A DNA stretch of 64,000 nucleotides from positions 434,001-498,000 of the forward strand of contig RSEE01000003.1 in the NCBI GenBank assembly GCA_003971905.1, in the 5' to 3' direction. The notes under the pieces were generated by a model. The model was not told where the DNA came from and made no database searches. It was given only the letters and a program-made list of their open reading frames with translations. Shown one piece after another: positions 1 to 12,233 of this stretch. Made by a program: the position numbers and the translations under genes. This DNA comes from Moniliella sp. 'wahieum'. Taxonomy: Eukaryota. Every line of letters starts with the position of its first letter. Positions within the stretch are counted from its first letter, which is position 1.

Positions 1-1170
1 GCCTCAGGAACTGACACGAGCTCTCACGACTGCTCCTGCTGGGGCCTCAGTATCGAGCTCCTCATCGCTCGCTGGCATTAGCTCGTCTTCAAGAGTATCT
101 GGTTCTTCAAGCGAATATGGTTCTTCAAGCGGATCTAGTTCTTCCAGCGGATCTAGTTTTCCAGCGGATCTAGTTCTTCCAGCGGATCTAGTTCTTCCAG
201 CGGATCTAGTTCTTCCAGCGGATCTAGTTCTTCCGGCTGGTCTGGTTCGTCCTCTGGTTCGTCTGGTTCGTCCTTGGTTCGTCTCTGGTTCTTCCTCTGG
301 TTCTTCCTCTGGTTCTTCCTCTGGCCTCAACGTGGATAAGAATGGTCTGGCTTGGCCCAATGGACCGTGGGTTAAACATTCAGTCTTACAAAAGTCGATG
401 GGCTGGCTCTACTCGTGGGATGCCATCCGGCAACGGGGGATCCGAGGCGGCCACCTTCGTTCCTCTTCGATCAAGTTCTTCCCCATGTTGTGGGGGGGAC
501 TCTGGCTCGCGCATATCCGACTGGGAAAAATACGTGCTCAATAACCGTACCTCCCCTCAAAACAGTGCCAAAGTTGCCATGGGACCCAACGAGGTCAACC
601 AACACGGCCAGTCGAAAATGAGCGTGAGCGACACTTGCACACTTTTCCGTGACTACATTGTGCCCCTCAAGGATGAGGATGGCTGGTCTATCATCGGAGC
701 ATCGACTAACGGAGCCCCTAGTGGCATCACTGGATGAACAAGTTCAAATCAGAATGCAGCGATGTGTGGAACAAAGTATGCTCCCAATCACATTTCTCTA
801 GTTGTGTCACCAAAACGTTGATCTGACTTTTCTTCGGTCTCACTTTACAAGGTCGACGCTGGACAGCCTGCACTACTATGGAACCGACCCCAAAAAGGCG
901 ATTTCTTACTTTGAGAAGTGGTACGATACATTCAAGAAGCCCATCTTCATCACGGAGACGGCCTGTATGAATTACGATGGGTCGGCCCTCGCTTCGCTTG
1001 GTCAAGCGTACAGTATGTTAAAGAAGTCAACAGCTGGGCACACTCGACCACATACGTGAAAGGAATCGCATTTTACGGTATTATGAAAAACATCAATAAA
1101 CTGTGGACCGTCTTTCGACCGCAAGTGGCACTCCCACAGACCTGTTCAACTTTGGGTAAACAAACTCTTC
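1..1170 (+). CDS. GH128-family (Glyco_hydro_cc) beta-1,3-glucanase with Ser/Gly-rich N-terminal linker; 5' end outside window, frameshifted
   Basis: Across frames: KNGLAW, WLYSW, FFPMLWG, MGPNEVN (acid/base NE), SLHYYG, KPIFITE (nucleophile E). Intron gtatgc at 776 to aag at 851. End approximate. Confidence 0.85.
100..325 (+). repeat. 18-bp tandem repeat (TCTAGTTCTTCCAGCGGA)n plus degenerate TCTGGTTC units encoding a Ser/Gly linker
   Basis: About 6 near-perfect copies at ~125-235; reads SSSSSG on the + strand. Confidence 0.9.
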
Positions 1171-2029
1171 CTAATCATTCTATTTCTCGTTCATTCCCCT
1201 CCCTTTCGCGTTGATCACGAAGAGGGAAACACATTTTGGGGGGTATGCGGCTCTGTTGGTGCCTCTCCTCTCTCTTACTACACAGATATGACATCTGTTT
1301 ATCTCTACATAACGATTTATAAAACTTGTTTTTATTGTAGTGGTTGTTGAGAGGAGACGGATATGTGACAGGTAAAGGTGGGGGGGGGGGGGGGGGTTCC
1401 TTGACGGAGGGCCGGATGGGAGATGATGTACGGGCGTATGTACATCCTTTGACTGTAGTCGTGCCACAGAAGACTTATGTGTTTGTGTGCGATAGAGTAT
1501 AATCAACTCCATATTCGCAGCCACACACACTCTGTACGTGTGGTCGGAAGACACATCAGTTGAGAGATGTGAATGATGTTTTGGTGAATCATTTCCTCAT
1601 CGATGATGAGCCGAAGACCCCACAGCTAGTCTCGTTTAAATACCTTTCTACTCTGAGCCCACCCTTCCCGCCCCAACTCCCATAGATACATTAATGATCA
1701 TCGCAATCCACTATACTGTTCGAGCCCAATAAAAGTCAACATCGCGGGCGGCATGCTGTGGAAGCTCTCCACACAGTCGCAGTACTATTGTCGGGCAAAC
1801 CAATACATAGCCTGTTTCCGATCATCGATCATTGCAGATCACATGTCACACTAGCGCCGCGCGGGAAATCTCCCCCCCAAGAAGCAGGCGTGTGCATAAC
1901 GCACTGGGTCACTGTCCCTGTATTATGCCGTGGCATGGACATCCGAGATGCTTTTCTGTGAGACATCGGCGCTCCGCCAACGCCGAAAACACTGATGTTC
2001 ACCAGCTCCTCACCTAACTCTCCCTCTTC

Positions 2030-2090
2030 CTGCCACTACCACCTCCATCACATCCACCACCTCCACCACCTCCACCACCTCCACCACCTC
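2030..2090 (+). repeat. 9-bp tandem repeat (CCACCACCT)n
   Basis: Four consecutive copies visible at ~2054-2089. Confidence 0.85.
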
Positions 2091-2149
2091 CTGCTTCTGC
2101 CCCAAATATTCATCACCTTTAATACCCGTTTACCGATTCAACCTCATCA

Positions 2150-5100
2150 ACATGGCCAACTGGATTGCTCGGAACTCCGAAACTCCGCATCAAATTCAAG
2201 TCTGCTGCCTACGAAAAAGGGTTGTCCGCTCACACTTCCCAGCCTGCCGGTCAGCAAACAGTGAACCCATTTTCAACACGCAATGCGGCGTTGAAGCCGT
2301 CCATATCTGAGACTTTAACCAAGGCGCCCGTCGAATTCACGCACCACTTCTTGCGTCATTCTTCAAGCGTAGGGGGGGTTGCGCGCCTCGTCATCAGGCC
2401 TTGTACCCCTTTTCTGAACCGCTCACACCATGCTCGAGCACCAGGGAACAACAGCAATCCACCGGCTACCCATCACGCCCCTCCTCCAGTTCTTCTCATT
2501 CAATTGAGCATGGTTCCGATGCGCCCGAACCAACTCAAGAAATAACACCAAGAAGAGCACCAACAATGCCAGAGGAAGTGCCATCTTCAGCCCCTATTGA
2601 AACCGGCGCTTGCTCAATCTTCCCCCCACCCCATATTGTCAGCCATTTCGACCAAGGAGGACGGTTCACCTACCCAGAAGAGAATTTTCGACGGGAATGC
2701 TGATATGCCTACAGTTACAATGCTCTCTTCGGATGGAGGAGCCGTACACACCCATCCCACCCAGCAAAAGAGAGGACATTCTCCAATTTGGGTTTGGGGG
2801 AGCTCCGAAAGGATTGGCCTCAGGCCTTGTCGTCCCCTCAACGACTCTTCTTCCTGCAGTGTCGTCGTTTCATTCGGATCCGCCCCAATTGGGTGAGCTT
2901 CCTTCGGTTCGTCCTTTAACAACGGAAGACTGGATGTTGGGGCCAGACCAATTCTTTGCGTCATCAACAGCTCAGATGGTGTAGGGATACATTTCCAATT
3001 CACCCTCCTCTCACCCTCAATTTGACGCCTGCGCACATTCTCTCCGCGAGAGACCCCTCTTTCAAGCCGGTACAGCCCACTGTTTTCCCGGGCACACCCT
3101 TCACACCGCAGACGTCTCGCACTCTCGACTGCCCGAGTAGAAGAGGCAGCATTCATTTTCTCTCTCATCCTTTCTCGCCCTGGCACGTTTTCGCACCCGC
3201 GGCCTTTATTGCAGCCACAACACTTCTACAGCATTCACATCCGCTTAATCTTTTCAATGCAAACTCACGCGCCTCTCCATCCAACCAAGGGGATATTTTG
3301 TTCCGATGTCTCCTTTGGCTTTGCTTTCCGTGGTTACTTCCCCTCGTTTTTGCTCAACGTAAAAGAACCGTTTTTTGGTTGACTTGCCTCATTACGTTGC
3401 TACTACTATGGTATATAGCTCCGAGAGCCGCCTCATCACAAAAAGCATCGTCTTGGCACCAAGAGGGGCTACTACTGTGTATCCAGTTTTTTTAGATGAT
3501 GACAAAAGCACCACAGTCCGATGTCAGTACTACTACATATATCATCCCCGAAGGGATGGAGCAGCCACCAGGGATGGAATATAGAGCAAAGCATTCCGGG
3601 CTGCTTGGGCCATCTATGCTGCAATCCAAGGCCAACTGACTTTAGTAAACACTCGGCAGTCATCTTGATGCGTGCGGCCATTATGCATTACAGAAGAAGA
3701 GGGGCACCGCCGCACCCCCCGAGAATGGCATCGTGACCAGCAGGCATCCGTGCATTTGGGGCCGTGTGGGGTGCCTGAACATTTCAGTGCATCCTGTGCA
3801 GCCTTGCCCGTGGATGCGCCTTCAAGCTTCATGATTGCTGGTTCTCTGTCTCCTGCCACTTGCTACTTGTCCACCCACCCAGGCGAGTCCCCCTTTGCCC
3901 GCCTTGTCCAGGCAGTGCTTCCCCTGTCGATCGCACCCGCCTGGCTCCTCCACGCCGCGTTGGTAACCGCCTGACTGTTGGCCGACGAGGATGCTGGCTT
4001 CTCTCGACCCCGTACGCCCATGCCACCACGCTGCTGAGGCAGAGAACAGTGGAATTGGTCCACCATCACCAAGCGTCCCCACGTTCCCGACGACCACTGG
4101 GCGGCGCGTAGGGCCACCCGCGCTTTCTCTTTCCCGGCCTGGTGATTGCCATGGGTGTTTAACGGGTACCCATGTCCTCCGCCTGCTGCATCGAGTTTGC
4201 CCACCGCCTCGCAAACATGCAGTATCAAGGCGGCGGGGGAAAGCTGCCACGGCGCTCACCTACTATATCCTGCGTTTGGTTGGTCATCATCACCTTTCGC
4301 CAACAAGGCTCGCATCCTCCTCCGTACCCTTGGTGACGCCATGGGCGCCTTCTTTCGGGGAAAGAAGTAATCGCATTAACTTGCGATCCCGGGTGTGTAC
4401 GAATAGGAAGGCATGGCACCCATGTTCCCTTTAGGTGCTGCCCAAGTTTTTGCTTATGTACCCGCATCGATGGGGGGTCCATGCTCGACATGTTTACCTC
4501 ACCATGGGGTAATCTGGGCTGAGCGCTGAATGCATCACAGCTATTTGCGCCATTAGCCTCCTTGCGGGCAGAGCTACAGGTGGAGACATCCGAGACTATC
4601 AACCAATCAAAGATGCATACGCATGCCACCGACGCGGACGTCTACTCTTCGCATTCGGATCGTTTGATGACCTTTTTGACGTGATAGGGGTGTATGAGCA
4701 GTGCCGCAATGAGTCGTTGCGCCAGGCGGGCATTCGTTGCGCATACGACTTGGTCGTGGTGGTACGATAGTACTATACCAAGCACCAGTGGTTTGGTCCA
4801 TTCAACAAAAAGCTCTATCAGCTCGTTCGCTGGAACGTCGATGGGCCCGGCGGCAAAGCCTTTGCTCTGTATGTGGGAAAGGCCAATGACTTTGTTTGGG
4901 TGTCAGACCCAGACCTGTTGATGACGGGTACTAACTCATCGTAGCTCTCGGATGCATCCTTTATTACTCGGCCATGTGCGGATCCATTGACTCCGTTGTA
5001 AGAACACAGCACAACGCGGCATTCCCACCTTTGCCTCGATTGGCTCGACATAAACCAGGCCATGAAAACTCCCAAGTTTTTACAAGAAGGCTGGTGCTCA

Positions 5101-5630
5101 CCCAGGTGGTTGGCCCTTTAGTCCCCCTAGCAGGGTTACTGTTAGTGATACTACTGCCACGGCACGATTGCCGTCTCTCGTTTGCAAAACCCGGTACACT
5201 CCCGGGGTAGTGATGGACGTATCCACAACATCTTCTCCCTTCACTGCAAACACAGGGGGGGGGCTTTGCAAGCTACGAGTTGGGGCGGGTAGCTCACCAG
5301 TGAGTAGCTGAGGCCCCCAACCCGACCGAGGGGTTTGCTACCAGCATGATCGAGTACCCTTACGTCGAGTGGGGTTCAGCTCTCGTTTGAACGAGAGATT
5401 AAGGACGACTACCGTCACGAGGACAACGTCACTCACACGCCCGGCGGTCAAGTCGATCCTCATCCAGGAGCGAGACGATGGAAGGTGGTACGACTCCTGG
5501 GCTATTTGCATGAGATACTCCGCCATGACCTTCAACTGCCGTATCGATGGGAGTATCAGGTGGTTCAGACACCATGGGCAGTCACTAGTCATTGTGTGGT
5601 CACACCCGACTACACAAGCACGATTTAGTA
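2150..5630 (+). pseudogene. Uncharacterised, heavily interrupted gene (orphan, pseudogene or decayed mobile element)
   Basis: Successive protein-like + strand fragments, e.g. RGRLLFAFGSFDDLFDVIGVYEQC, YYTKHQWFGPFNKKLYQLVRW...ALYVGKANDF, RWKVVRLLGYLHEILRHDLQLPYRW. No family recognised. Confidence 0.3.
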
Positions 5631-5955
5631 GAGTCCATCCGTTGTACTGGCAAGCTCATCATGTCCCCCTAAACCAAGGGTAGTTAGTGCTTGGAAGCAA
5701 TAGTGTATGGAGGTCATCTGATCAAAAAGGCGTCACGTCTATGGGAATAAAATCCATCCCTAGTTGCATGGAGAACGAAGCTGATGCATTGCGCTCGTGG
5801 CACCTACTCTCCAGTTGAAGTCGCATGGCTCAGAGGTAGAAGGGAGATGCGGGTGCAATGCATCGGCTGGGCACGAGCACAAAGAATGGGGATGGATGTA
5901 TAGGAAGCAGAGCAAAGGGAAGGCGAAACAAGTGAGCATAAGGATTGGATGCGGG

Positions 5956-7250
5956 TCAACTCATATCGAAGGGTGTGGTACGATCCTCCTTTCTAGCCTT
6001 GGCTTTGAGTACGTTTTGTCGCCGCAGACGGTCACGCGCTTGCCGAGCCGTCCAAAACACTTCCTCCGCCTTATCTGGATCCTCGTTGAAGTTGCGTTCG
6101 TGGTCTCTGCGATTCACCGCTGAAATCTCGGCAGCTGCCAGGTCGACGCTAAAAAGCATATCACGTTCACCCTCGATGGAGATTGACGAACGGGGAAGGA
6201 GCTGGCCGCTCTTCGTGTCGTCCGAGGCCCAGAGCCCCACTTTTTGAGCATGAGAGCAGAGCTTTTTAAACAAAGCCGCATCCGACGTGATCTCCGACCG
6301 AGTCTCGACCAGCTCAAGCTGTCTTACCCCTTGCTGCTCAGTCCGTTGGCGCCGCAAGCCAACCGGCCGGGTTTGGTCCAGCGGCTGAATGCTCATCCGC
6401 TGTTGAAGGGGCTGGGATGCGGTTGGGGCTGACACCCACCTGTTGCATGGGAGCGGGCGGTAGGGCGCTAGAGTCCAATCCGAGTCAGCATCGTACCAGC
6501 AGAGTAGAGGGGGCACTTACCTCACGTTCCTTGGCCCAGGCCTTTTGGGTCTCCTTGGCCTTGGTGCGACTCAGGTCAGCCACAAAGTTAGCCACCTGAG
6601 CTTGAGCCTCCGGGTCACCCTCATGCGCCATCTCGAGCGTTTCAATAATCTGGAAAGAGGAGTAGATGGTCAGTTGGAAGTCCCGCTAGTAGAAATGGTG
6701 ACATACATTCATCGCCCGTTCCATCTGTGCAGCCACCACAGCAGGCGAGGTATTGCCACGGTGGTGTCGACCCCACTGGGCAATCCAAGGTGCAATGTTG
6801 GCGTAGTGGTGAGTTGGCACGACGGAAGGGGGAAGGGGCCGACGGGAAAGGCGGAGCAAATGACGATAGAGCACGTTGAAGTTCTTCTTGTGCTCAGGTC
6901 GACGGAAGAAAGGGATGGTCAAGCCGCGCTGGGGGGGGAGGAACAAGGAGGAGACCAACGCGGAAGACTCCTGGTCTGACAGAGAAGGAGTGACCTCCGC
7001 AATCGAGTTGGTGAGAGCCGAACCATCGTCTTGCAGTTCTTTGCCCGCCAGCCTCCTCCGGTAAGCGCACATGAGAGGTGGTGTGGAACCATCTACCCGA
7101 CCCATTTTTTCCCATTGATGCGGCGAACATTCGGCGAGGAGGGGAGGGAGCCGAACGGAGGGGAGTGCTGCTGAAGGCGAATGGAATGGTGGCGGTGGTG
7201 TATAGAGCTCGGGAGTAGTATAATCAACTGAATTTGTGGTGGGCTCCACG
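5956..7250 (-). CDS. LYR-motif (Complex1_LYR-like) domain protein segment; probably the C-terminal extension of the upstream Pol gamma
   Basis: IPFFRRPEHKKNFNVLYRHLLRLSRR...WIAQWGRHHRGNTSPAVVAAQMERA. Two canonical introns (6706-6650 gtatgt..cag; 6520-6468 gtaagt..tag) join in-frame coiled-coil-like exons ending at stop 5956. The ORF-track start at 7249 is GTG, not ATG. Confidence 0.6.
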
Positions 7251-7682
7251 CCTTTCCCACGGCCCTGTGCTCCGCTTTGGCGGTAGAATCCACCTTCCTT
7301 TTCGATGCCACCTTGCCCATGGGTTCCACCTTAACCTGGCGTCTCGTGGTACCGGAGTCTTTTGTAGCCCGCCTAGGTTGAAGTATGGCGACTGGCCAAG
7401 CTCCCGTGCCAGCTCCTTCCACCCCTCTTGAGCGTCTAGAGTAAGCTTGCCTTGTTAGAAGCAGCATCCAAGACCTTAATCTTACGGTCGAGTGCCGCTC
7501 TCTGCCCTCTTGGAGGTCGATTGGGCATAAAGGAAGCTCCTTCCCCGAACCCCTTCAGCTCGGTGGTGGGGATGGGTGAATAAATGCCGGGTAAGAGGGT
7601 GCCATCAACGCCTGAAACTCGGGCGTGTTGGTGTAAGGCGCAAACGCATGATCCGCAAGGGGGCTTTGCACGCCCCCTTCCT

Positions 7683-10600
7683 TCATCCCACAGGCATCCT
7701 TGGGGCGAGAATAGGCTGTCCCAGCCCCTCCGCCCCGGTCGCCTCAATCGTTTTCTCAATGGTCAGCGCCGATCCGGGGGGCACGGGCGTTGGGTGAGAT
7801 GGGGTCACACAAGGGTCTCCTGGCTCCTTGCGTAGCACCTTGTCCACATCCACTTGACTGAAGAAAGCGCATCCGAGCGGAAGGTCGTCCATTTCCAACA
7901 TGTAAGCAAACATGGACCGGGTCCACAAGTTGGCCACCTGCAGCGCCAACGCCGCCCGAGAAACATCCTCATCGCGCACAAGGTACCGCACATCATCGTG
8001 GAAAGAGAGGAGGAAGCGTGCCTCGATCCCATACGTTCGACAGAGGTGATCCATCGCAGTCAAGCAGGTGAAGGTAGTCCACGCCGCTAGACTGGACCAC
8101 CCAGTTGATCCGCGAAGGAAGGAAGGCCTCCTGCGCCGACCCGTCCGAGTTGGTCTTTGTGGGAAGGTATGCACGGCTCAAAGCGGTTGTGACTCCACAG
8201 CCCAAGACAGGTGTTCTAGGCCGATCCAAAACAGCGATAGACTCGAGCTTGTTGAACACAAAGCTCTCTGAGCCGCCATACCAGAAGCGGTGGCCAAAGA
8301 ACTTATTTCCCGGGGTGCGCTGTCCCTTGGTATGTTTGTACAGTTCCTTGGCACGTCTCATAGCTTCGTTGGGATCCATCGACGGGTCGGCCTTGAGCAG
8401 AAGTTGGGTCGCATGCTTCACCCCGGCCCCGTAGATACGCGAGTAATTGAACACCTTCGCCTCGTTACGAGATGTACCCAAAATCGAAGCCGTCTTCGAA
8501 TGCAGGTCAGTCCCAAGCGCCTTGGTGCCTTCGAGCGTCATCCACCCGATGGCTGTGCTGCCATGATGGCCAAATTGGGCATCACCAGGACTGAGCAAAT
8601 CCACAGCTCCTCCGAGTCCACATCGGCCCCAACAATCGACCACCCAGGAGGAGACTTAACCATTGTCTTGAGCTCACTGCCAACCCGAGTCTTCTTGGCG
8701 TTTGATGCAGTAAGCCAAGTCTGCTCGATCGCACGGCGCGTTACCGTTCCCATCTGGATCACCTGGGGTAGGATAAGACCCACATCGCCTGAGCCAGAAC
8801 TAGTTGCGCCCTCCGCCGCAGGTTCGCTCGTTTGGGAAGAGGGAATGGGTTAATCTGCACCCCTTCATGCCCATCCCATACCACCAGTTGGTTAAGCACG
8901 CGCTGTCGAGCCGAGATCCAGTACGAGCAGAACGCATTCAGGTCCAGTGCCGCCTTGGCAGTTGCGGGGGAATTGGCCGATGCGAGGACTCCCGTTTCAA
9001 ACGCATTGAGGAATGACTTACCAAAGGGATTTCCCACATTTGCATTTCCCCCATCCCCATGAGGAACCTTGAAAAACTCAGCCCCTGTATCCTCCTGGTC
9101 CATAAGGAGGGCAATGTCAGCACTGTTGGTGAAGAAAACTGGGGTGCCTCGGACGAAAGACCCCTCGCTTGCATCATCTGCTCCCTCCGCATCCGGTGTC
9201 GCATCTGCCGCTGTCGAGCCACCCGTGCCGGGTGCAGAGGTGCTGGCCTCACCCCAGCCCATTCGGAAAACCCACCCATGTTGACGAATAGAAGAGTGGC
9301 TTTTGGTGCCAGGTCATACTCATCAACAACGGAGCGGAACGGTTCCGCATCGACACCTTGACCTTGCCTCCGTCCTTGGCGAGATCCCAGTACCATTTGG
9401 GCCACCATTCTGCCCGGCGGGGGTCATCCTCAGCAAATTCATCAACGAGATCGTGAGCGGAAGACTGGGGCGTGGGGGCTGACGAGGACCGTGGTACCAG
9501 CGACCAATCCAGCTGACGAATGGGCAAGGGTAGCGTTTCAACAGAAGGAGTGAATGGTCCTCCGGGCAGTAGCCGCCTGCAAAAAGGGGTCAAGCAGGCT
9601 GCTGGCGAGTTGAGCAGTGTATGTTTTTGCCAGGGAGACATCCTTTTCCCGCAAGCGTCCAGCACTTTACCCCCCAAACCGAAGGTTCCACCGAGCCCAA
9701 ACCCTGGGGTCCGAGCTTTCTGGCAACTGAGACGGACAAAATGCTAGCGACGCCCGTGAGCTCATGCACAGGTTCCCCTAGCACCTCATCCGACCCAGGC
9801 ACAGGAGATACCGCCATAGCCTCGCAGGGTCGACCACCTTGGAGCACCGGTAAATCGCACGGCCGTTCCAGCTGGGCTGCACCAAGGCCATCGCAGAAGC
9901 GTTCGAGAGAGAGGTGACGGAAGGAACCTTGTCCGCCACACTTTCTCTCCCCTGGCGAGCACGAGATCGCGATACCATCGTGGCACATGGGTCTTCTGCC
10001 ACATCGCCAGCTTATTTGACTTGTTTTTGGGATTGGGTAGGCGGGGGCGTTTCGGGGACCAGTCTAGTTGCTTGAGCCAAGCATCTTGCGACCAAGGGGG
10101 CGACGCTTCCCCCATTGAAGGGGAGATGGAAAGGGGGTGCGATGGGAAATCGGGCTCGTCTTCCGCCTCTTCACCTCTGCTAAAGCGTGGTCAATGCTGG
10201 CTTGTTTCGCTGTGGCCCAGTCTTGCGCTTGCTGCATCGTGACACCCTGGGTGTACTGAACTCTGACCTGCTCCGCAAGGACGACAATTCATCGTCCAGC
10301 TGACTGCGGGCGCGCACATAATAGTCCTCAGCCCGACGGAGGTATTCCTCCCACTCTCGGTCGACAGGGAGACGAGTGGAGCCAAGTTGGAAGACACCAG
10401 CCAAGGTAGCCGGGTGGGGGCATGCATCATGACTAAAAGCAGGCCACACCTTGGCGTATACTTGGTGGGTAACCCACACATCCGACGCGCAGTAGTTCAA
10501 AAGAAATCCAACTGCTCCATGATCACGCTCTTGTTCTCCGCATCCATAAACACATTGCGTACTTCTTTGGGAAGAGTAATGTTGCAATGCAACTTGGCCA

Positions 10601-11876
10601 CCTCAGCGAGCGAATTGGAAGATGCGACATCTATCCAGTTGCGGCCTGCAAATCGGTCAAGAACGTCCATGTCGTGTGCAGCATCAATCGAAGCCTCCAT
10701 CTTCTCCTCCCAGGCGGCATCCACGGGGAAATCGGTCGTCGCAGCGAACTCCGCATCTCCTGCCCAAGGCAAACTGTGAGCGATCAAACTCGACGTCCTC
10801 CAGTGGTGCCAGCACATCTTCCTCATTTCGCAGCTGACGGGCTGTGGCAGCAGCTTGTTTCCGAGAGAGTCGCTTCTTGGTGATTTTTTTCCACGTCTGA
10901 CGCTGGGGGCTGGCTATACCCGCAGTAGCAGCATGAAGGCTCATGGTATCAAGCCACCGCGTAGGAGTGGGAGCAAGGGTGTACTCATCGCGGACCCTGA
11001 TGCGGTCATAGCCCACATTGTGTCCAACCACCAGACGGGCGACTTGGCGCCTTGGAGCGTCTGAACTCTGGCCAGGCCGCATTGGCTCCAGTTCTTCTGA
11101 ACCAAGAGGAATAAGTCGCATCGCATCTTTCTTTTCCTGCTCAGTGTAAGGGTGTTCTTTCCCCACATCCGAGCGTTCGGGTTCGAACAGCCATGGAGAA
11201 AGCCAAGAATAGAGCGCCTTGTCCGACAGGCAATGCCAGAACAGCAGGGAAGTTTGCCGCAGCCAACGTTTCGACGTCGAAAACAAGCGGACCGTCAGAT
11301 GCGGGGGGGTGGGGGACAGGTGAGCCAGGAGAGAGGTGGGTGATCTTGCCATCCGAGTCGCGCTGGATCTCGTACCGCGTCCATCCAGGCTTCCTCACCC
11401 ATTGAGGACGAGATGGAGAAGCTGGGTCTGTCGCGGAGGAGCAATAATGGGGGTTACACCCGTAGGAAACACGTTCGGGGAAGGAAAGGACGCATCCGCT
11501 AGCACGTTCGCCATGCCCAACCAAGGCTGGGCACTGGCGGCGCCGATGCGCCAGAAGTGCTCGGCCAGGTTTGCGCCTACAAGCGGAGGCATCATGGGGA
11601 ACTCGGGCTCAGGGAGAACAGAAGCAGCGTCAGGGGTGAGCCCATGCGACTTCAAGTGCGCCTGGGCGATCTTGAGGGCGTTGACATCAGGCGGGGCGAT
11701 AAAGTCGCTCGAGCCGGGGGGGAAGACGGTGGGGCGCAAGCGGCGGGGGAGGAGCTGGACTCCATGGGGGTTGCGTGGCGGGGGAAGGGCAGAGGTGTTG
11801 CGAGGGCCCTGCTGGGCGCCTTCAGCAGTGCGCGAGCCACAGCGGGCCTGGATCCGCGGGCCCACAGCGACAGCAT
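7683..11876 (-). CDS. MIP1: Mitochondrial DNA polymerase gamma (family A), multiple assembly frameshifts
   Basis: Presequence [19 protein letters not shown] from ATG 11876; ExoI VFDVET, Exo[11 protein letters not shown], Exo[32 protein letters not shown]; motif [12 protein letters not shown], motif [17 protein letters not shown], motif [22 protein letters not shown]. 3' end may extend to 5956. Confidence 0.97.
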
Positions 11877-12003
11877 TCCAGCCAGCTTGCGTTGGTTGCG
11901 CGCACTGGTGGTTTCGGGCCTGGCGAAGCGGAGGAAAAACGGACAGCGGAACGGGAGCACCCCTTCCGCTCCGCCGCCCACAGACTGCTAAATCAAGCGG
12001 GAG

Positions 12004-12047
12004 TCACTAGTCAAGCTTCAAGCTAGTCACATGTCACATGTCACATG
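12004..12047. repeat. 7-nt-period array TCA-CTAG-TCA-AGCT-TCA-AGCT-ag-TCA-CATG-TCA-CATG-TCA-CATG in the MIP1/RPL7 divergent promoter
   Basis: Read directly from the sequence. Confidence 0.85.
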
Positions 12048-12233
12048 CAGCTGCAGGCGCATGCCATCGACCATCGATCCCGATCATCTTTCAAGAGTTG
12101 TGCAATTGTGAAACAAACGAGACTTGCAGCTTGGAGCTTCGCACGTTCAACGTTTCAACGGTCGACTGAACGTTCATATCCGGCCCCATGTTTGCTCTTT
12201 CGCTTTCAACGATTGAGACCCGGGCGCAATAAA

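Noticed and set aside
100..325. Tandem repeats here and at 39643-39860 considered as CRISPR-like arrays
   Set aside because: No unique spacers, eukaryotic context, unit lengths are multiples of 3 and lie within coding regions.
1380..1396. Poly-G tract downstream of GH128
   Set aside because: Simple homopolymer of unreliable length; no associated structure.
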